Source: Takakia lepidozioides (taxonomy: Eukaryota; Plantae; Bryophyta). From it: a stretch of DNA of 64,000 nt. The notes beneath the pieces are model-generated. The model searched no databases. It was not told where the DNA came from and saw only the letters and a program-made list of their open reading frames with translations. The stretch is from contig CM060733.1 in NCBI GenBank assembly GCA_030704615.1, forward strand, positions 25,296,001-25,360,000, given 5' to 3'. Positions 61,723-64,000 of the stretch are shown one piece after another; position 1 is the stretch's first letter, and every line of letters begins with the position of its first letter. Both the position numbers and the translations under genes were made by a program.

Positions 61723-63491
61723 GAGGTTCCATGGTAACAACCTGAGCTCCCAACCGAGTTCAACTTCAAGAGGCTACAGGATATTCAATTTTGTGGTTTG
61801 TCCTCCCGGTGAATGTAATACAGTTTACGGAGAGACTTGACTAGCAGGAAATTCAGTTGTCATCTTGTTGACTGGCTTGGAGAGTTACAAACTATCCAAA
61901 TGTGATAGGCTGTCAGGTGTACTCAGGCTTAATTTTAACCCTCACTTGTGTCGGTCAGGCATCAGTCACCGGCATGTCATCGAGCAGCCCTGAAGAGTTG
62001 TGATGTTGCCAGATACTCAGGAAGCAGTTACGGAATTTTACTGATTGAGCAAGCACTTGATGAAAATGTGGTATTCTAGATTGGAACAATACAGTTATAG
62101 ATACATACAATTTCAGTTATGCAGGTCTGAGATTGCAGCTTATCAAGGGAGCAAGAAAGATGATCTGCTGACTGGCCACTCTTTTCAAGGAACAAGTTCG
62201 CATAGACCCCGGGGATACCATCTAGTGTGGACTCACATACCAGGTGATGTCTCTAAAGTTCAACTGAACAGCTTCTTTGCACACTGTACTACGGGTTTCA
62301 CTTGCACTCCAAATACAGTGTTGGATGAAATACCATTGAAATGGTGCCAACACCTGAAAAATGGCCCGGGATGACTCAACCATTGCTGAATCAACCAAAA
62401 CAGACCTCAATGCTTTCGAAGAGGAGCTTCACCGTCCCTTTCGGTGTGGATGGCTTCCTTGAAAGACTAAAAATGCAGACTTATCGCAAAGTTGCCTTGC
62501 GCCCAAAGCTTAACTCCGGACTCTGATAGACTGTATTCAGAAAATGGAGAGACAGAAAACATGAAAAAAGAAATAAAGGGGGTTGAATTATTGCAACCTG
62601 CTTGCCCTGCATCCCAAAGCTCATCCTTGGAACTCCAATAAAACTACGAAAAAACTATTGGGGTAATACCACTGAGATATCGCAACTTAGTTGCCCCGCA
62701 CTCCAAAGCTGGTCTTTGGAGCTCCGATAAAACAGTATTCTGAGCATACTAACAGCAATTTGTCAGGCACCATGCAGAATCCTTGATTGCTTCCATGCCC
62801 CCCCTTTTTTGTTACTTCCATACTCAATGTTCCTAAGTACTTTCTTATGAAAAGAAACTGTTGCATTCTCTCCAAAGTATCATGTGACAATTGTTGCAAT
62901 AGGAGAGCTACCTATGCAAACCAAGCAGAAGCAGATTGCACTGAGGCTCACACAAGCATACTGAGGTCAACCAATGAGACAGCATTACAAGAGGATAAGT
63001 CGGAAGATTATACCAGATTCAAGGATTTTTTGACATGTTATGCACAACGTCAGAACACTGAACCGAACAAGCCCAAGGTGGAGGCGCAATCCCTCTTAGC
63101 CTCGAAGATCTCACTAATAAACTACACCCCTGCATTTCAAACACATGAATGTTCCTCAACTCAAAATTTGGACCACAGAAAAATTCCTCAATGAAACTCT
63201 GTCACACCATTTCTGAGAAAGAATACAGAAGTTTGCAACAAAGACCAAGATGCTGTAAGAGAGACTTCTTCATACCCCCGATCTGGGAAAATTGAGTAGA
63301 AGCTCTTATTGATTGAATTGAATGCATACAAATTCGGATGTGTCCATGTGTACATGTTGTTTTTGGCAAGCAAGCCAACACAATTCTGCCTCTAACTGTA
63401 CAGTTTGACAGGCCTGTTGTTGGCCTAGGAAGTCCAAGGTTTTTGGCTTTGCTTTGTTCATTCTTTGACGTTCTCTCTGGCAAAGTACCCA

Positions 63492-63827
63492 CTAAAATTG
63501 AAGGATTCCTGGAAGAGTTAAGGGCGCTTCGGTCAGAACGGTCCGGCACAAGGGGCACCTGCCCCTGGACTTCCACTCCCTAGTAGCACAGATTGTGCAG
63601 AAATTTGCATGACTGCAGGGAATAAGACATGCTCTTTTCAGAACCATTGGTTTCCCAGTCCCGGATTCCTCTTGGGACAGTACCCCACCAATCTCCTGAA
63701 AACAGACTACACACTCTGCTTTCTGCATTGCTTTGGCCGCCTTATCCAGATCAAGCATCCATGACACCTTCTCAATATAGTGTTGATTCAGCTTCTTCGC
63801 TCTCTCTCTTATGGCGTTATCATGAGC
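63492..63827 (-). CDS. Last exon of a C3HC4 RING-HC (MDM2/IAP-like) E3 ligase-type gene; upstream exons lie beyond the window
   Basis: CVVC...PCSH..FC..CA......RCPLCR, preceded by a TTTTGCAG acceptor. Confidence 0.8.
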   Translation of the reverse strand, partial: AHDNAIRERAKKLNQHYIEKVSWMLDLDKAAKAMQKAECVVCFQEIGGVLSQEESGTGKPMVLKRACLIPCSHANFCTICATREWKSRGRCPLCRTVLTEAPLTLPGILQF

Positions 63828-64000
63828 CTGCAAAATGTCCGTACAGAATAAGACACATTCTTACTACCATCTGAGAAACTCTGAACGTAGGGAAAGATGA
63901 ACAAGGAAAGAGGGAAAGAAACGAAGAGTTTCACATCTAGCAGCATACAGATAGGACTCTTGAGGACTCTTGAAGTGCCATATCTGGACTTCTGGGTATT

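Overview
Intron-rich nuclear DNA from a land plant, most likely a bryophyte-grade non-seed plant (inferred from gene and TE style; the species cannot be determined). Host genes: RUS3-like (minus, runs off the left edge) head-to-head with a 3-exon 83-aa Lys-rich gene; a frameshifted PLS-DYW PPR gene; ankyrin-repeat fragments; an ALMT channel; SDHAF2; an NSUN3/4-like m5C methyltransferase; and the last exon of a RING-HC gene. The region from about 11.6 to 47 kb is a TE cluster with two Ty3/gypsy remnants, a full-length hAT, TA-flanked MITEs, TTAA-flanked piggyBac-like MITEs and two promoter-deleted copies of the RUS3/small-gene locus. The standout is an 11.3-kb Mutator-like element (20321-31633, 9-bp TSD). 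It encodes a decayed GCM-MULE-SWIM transposase and, divergently, an apparently open 9-exon gene of about 1,090 aa that fuses a ParB-like domain to a beta-class DNA amino-methyltransferase. Two introns of that gene carry 11 copies of a 22-bp palindrome (TGAATGTCGTCAACGACATTCA), suggesting a candidate ParB/parS-like methyltransferase system on a plant transposon. All gene models were built by eye, so splice coordinates are approximate.
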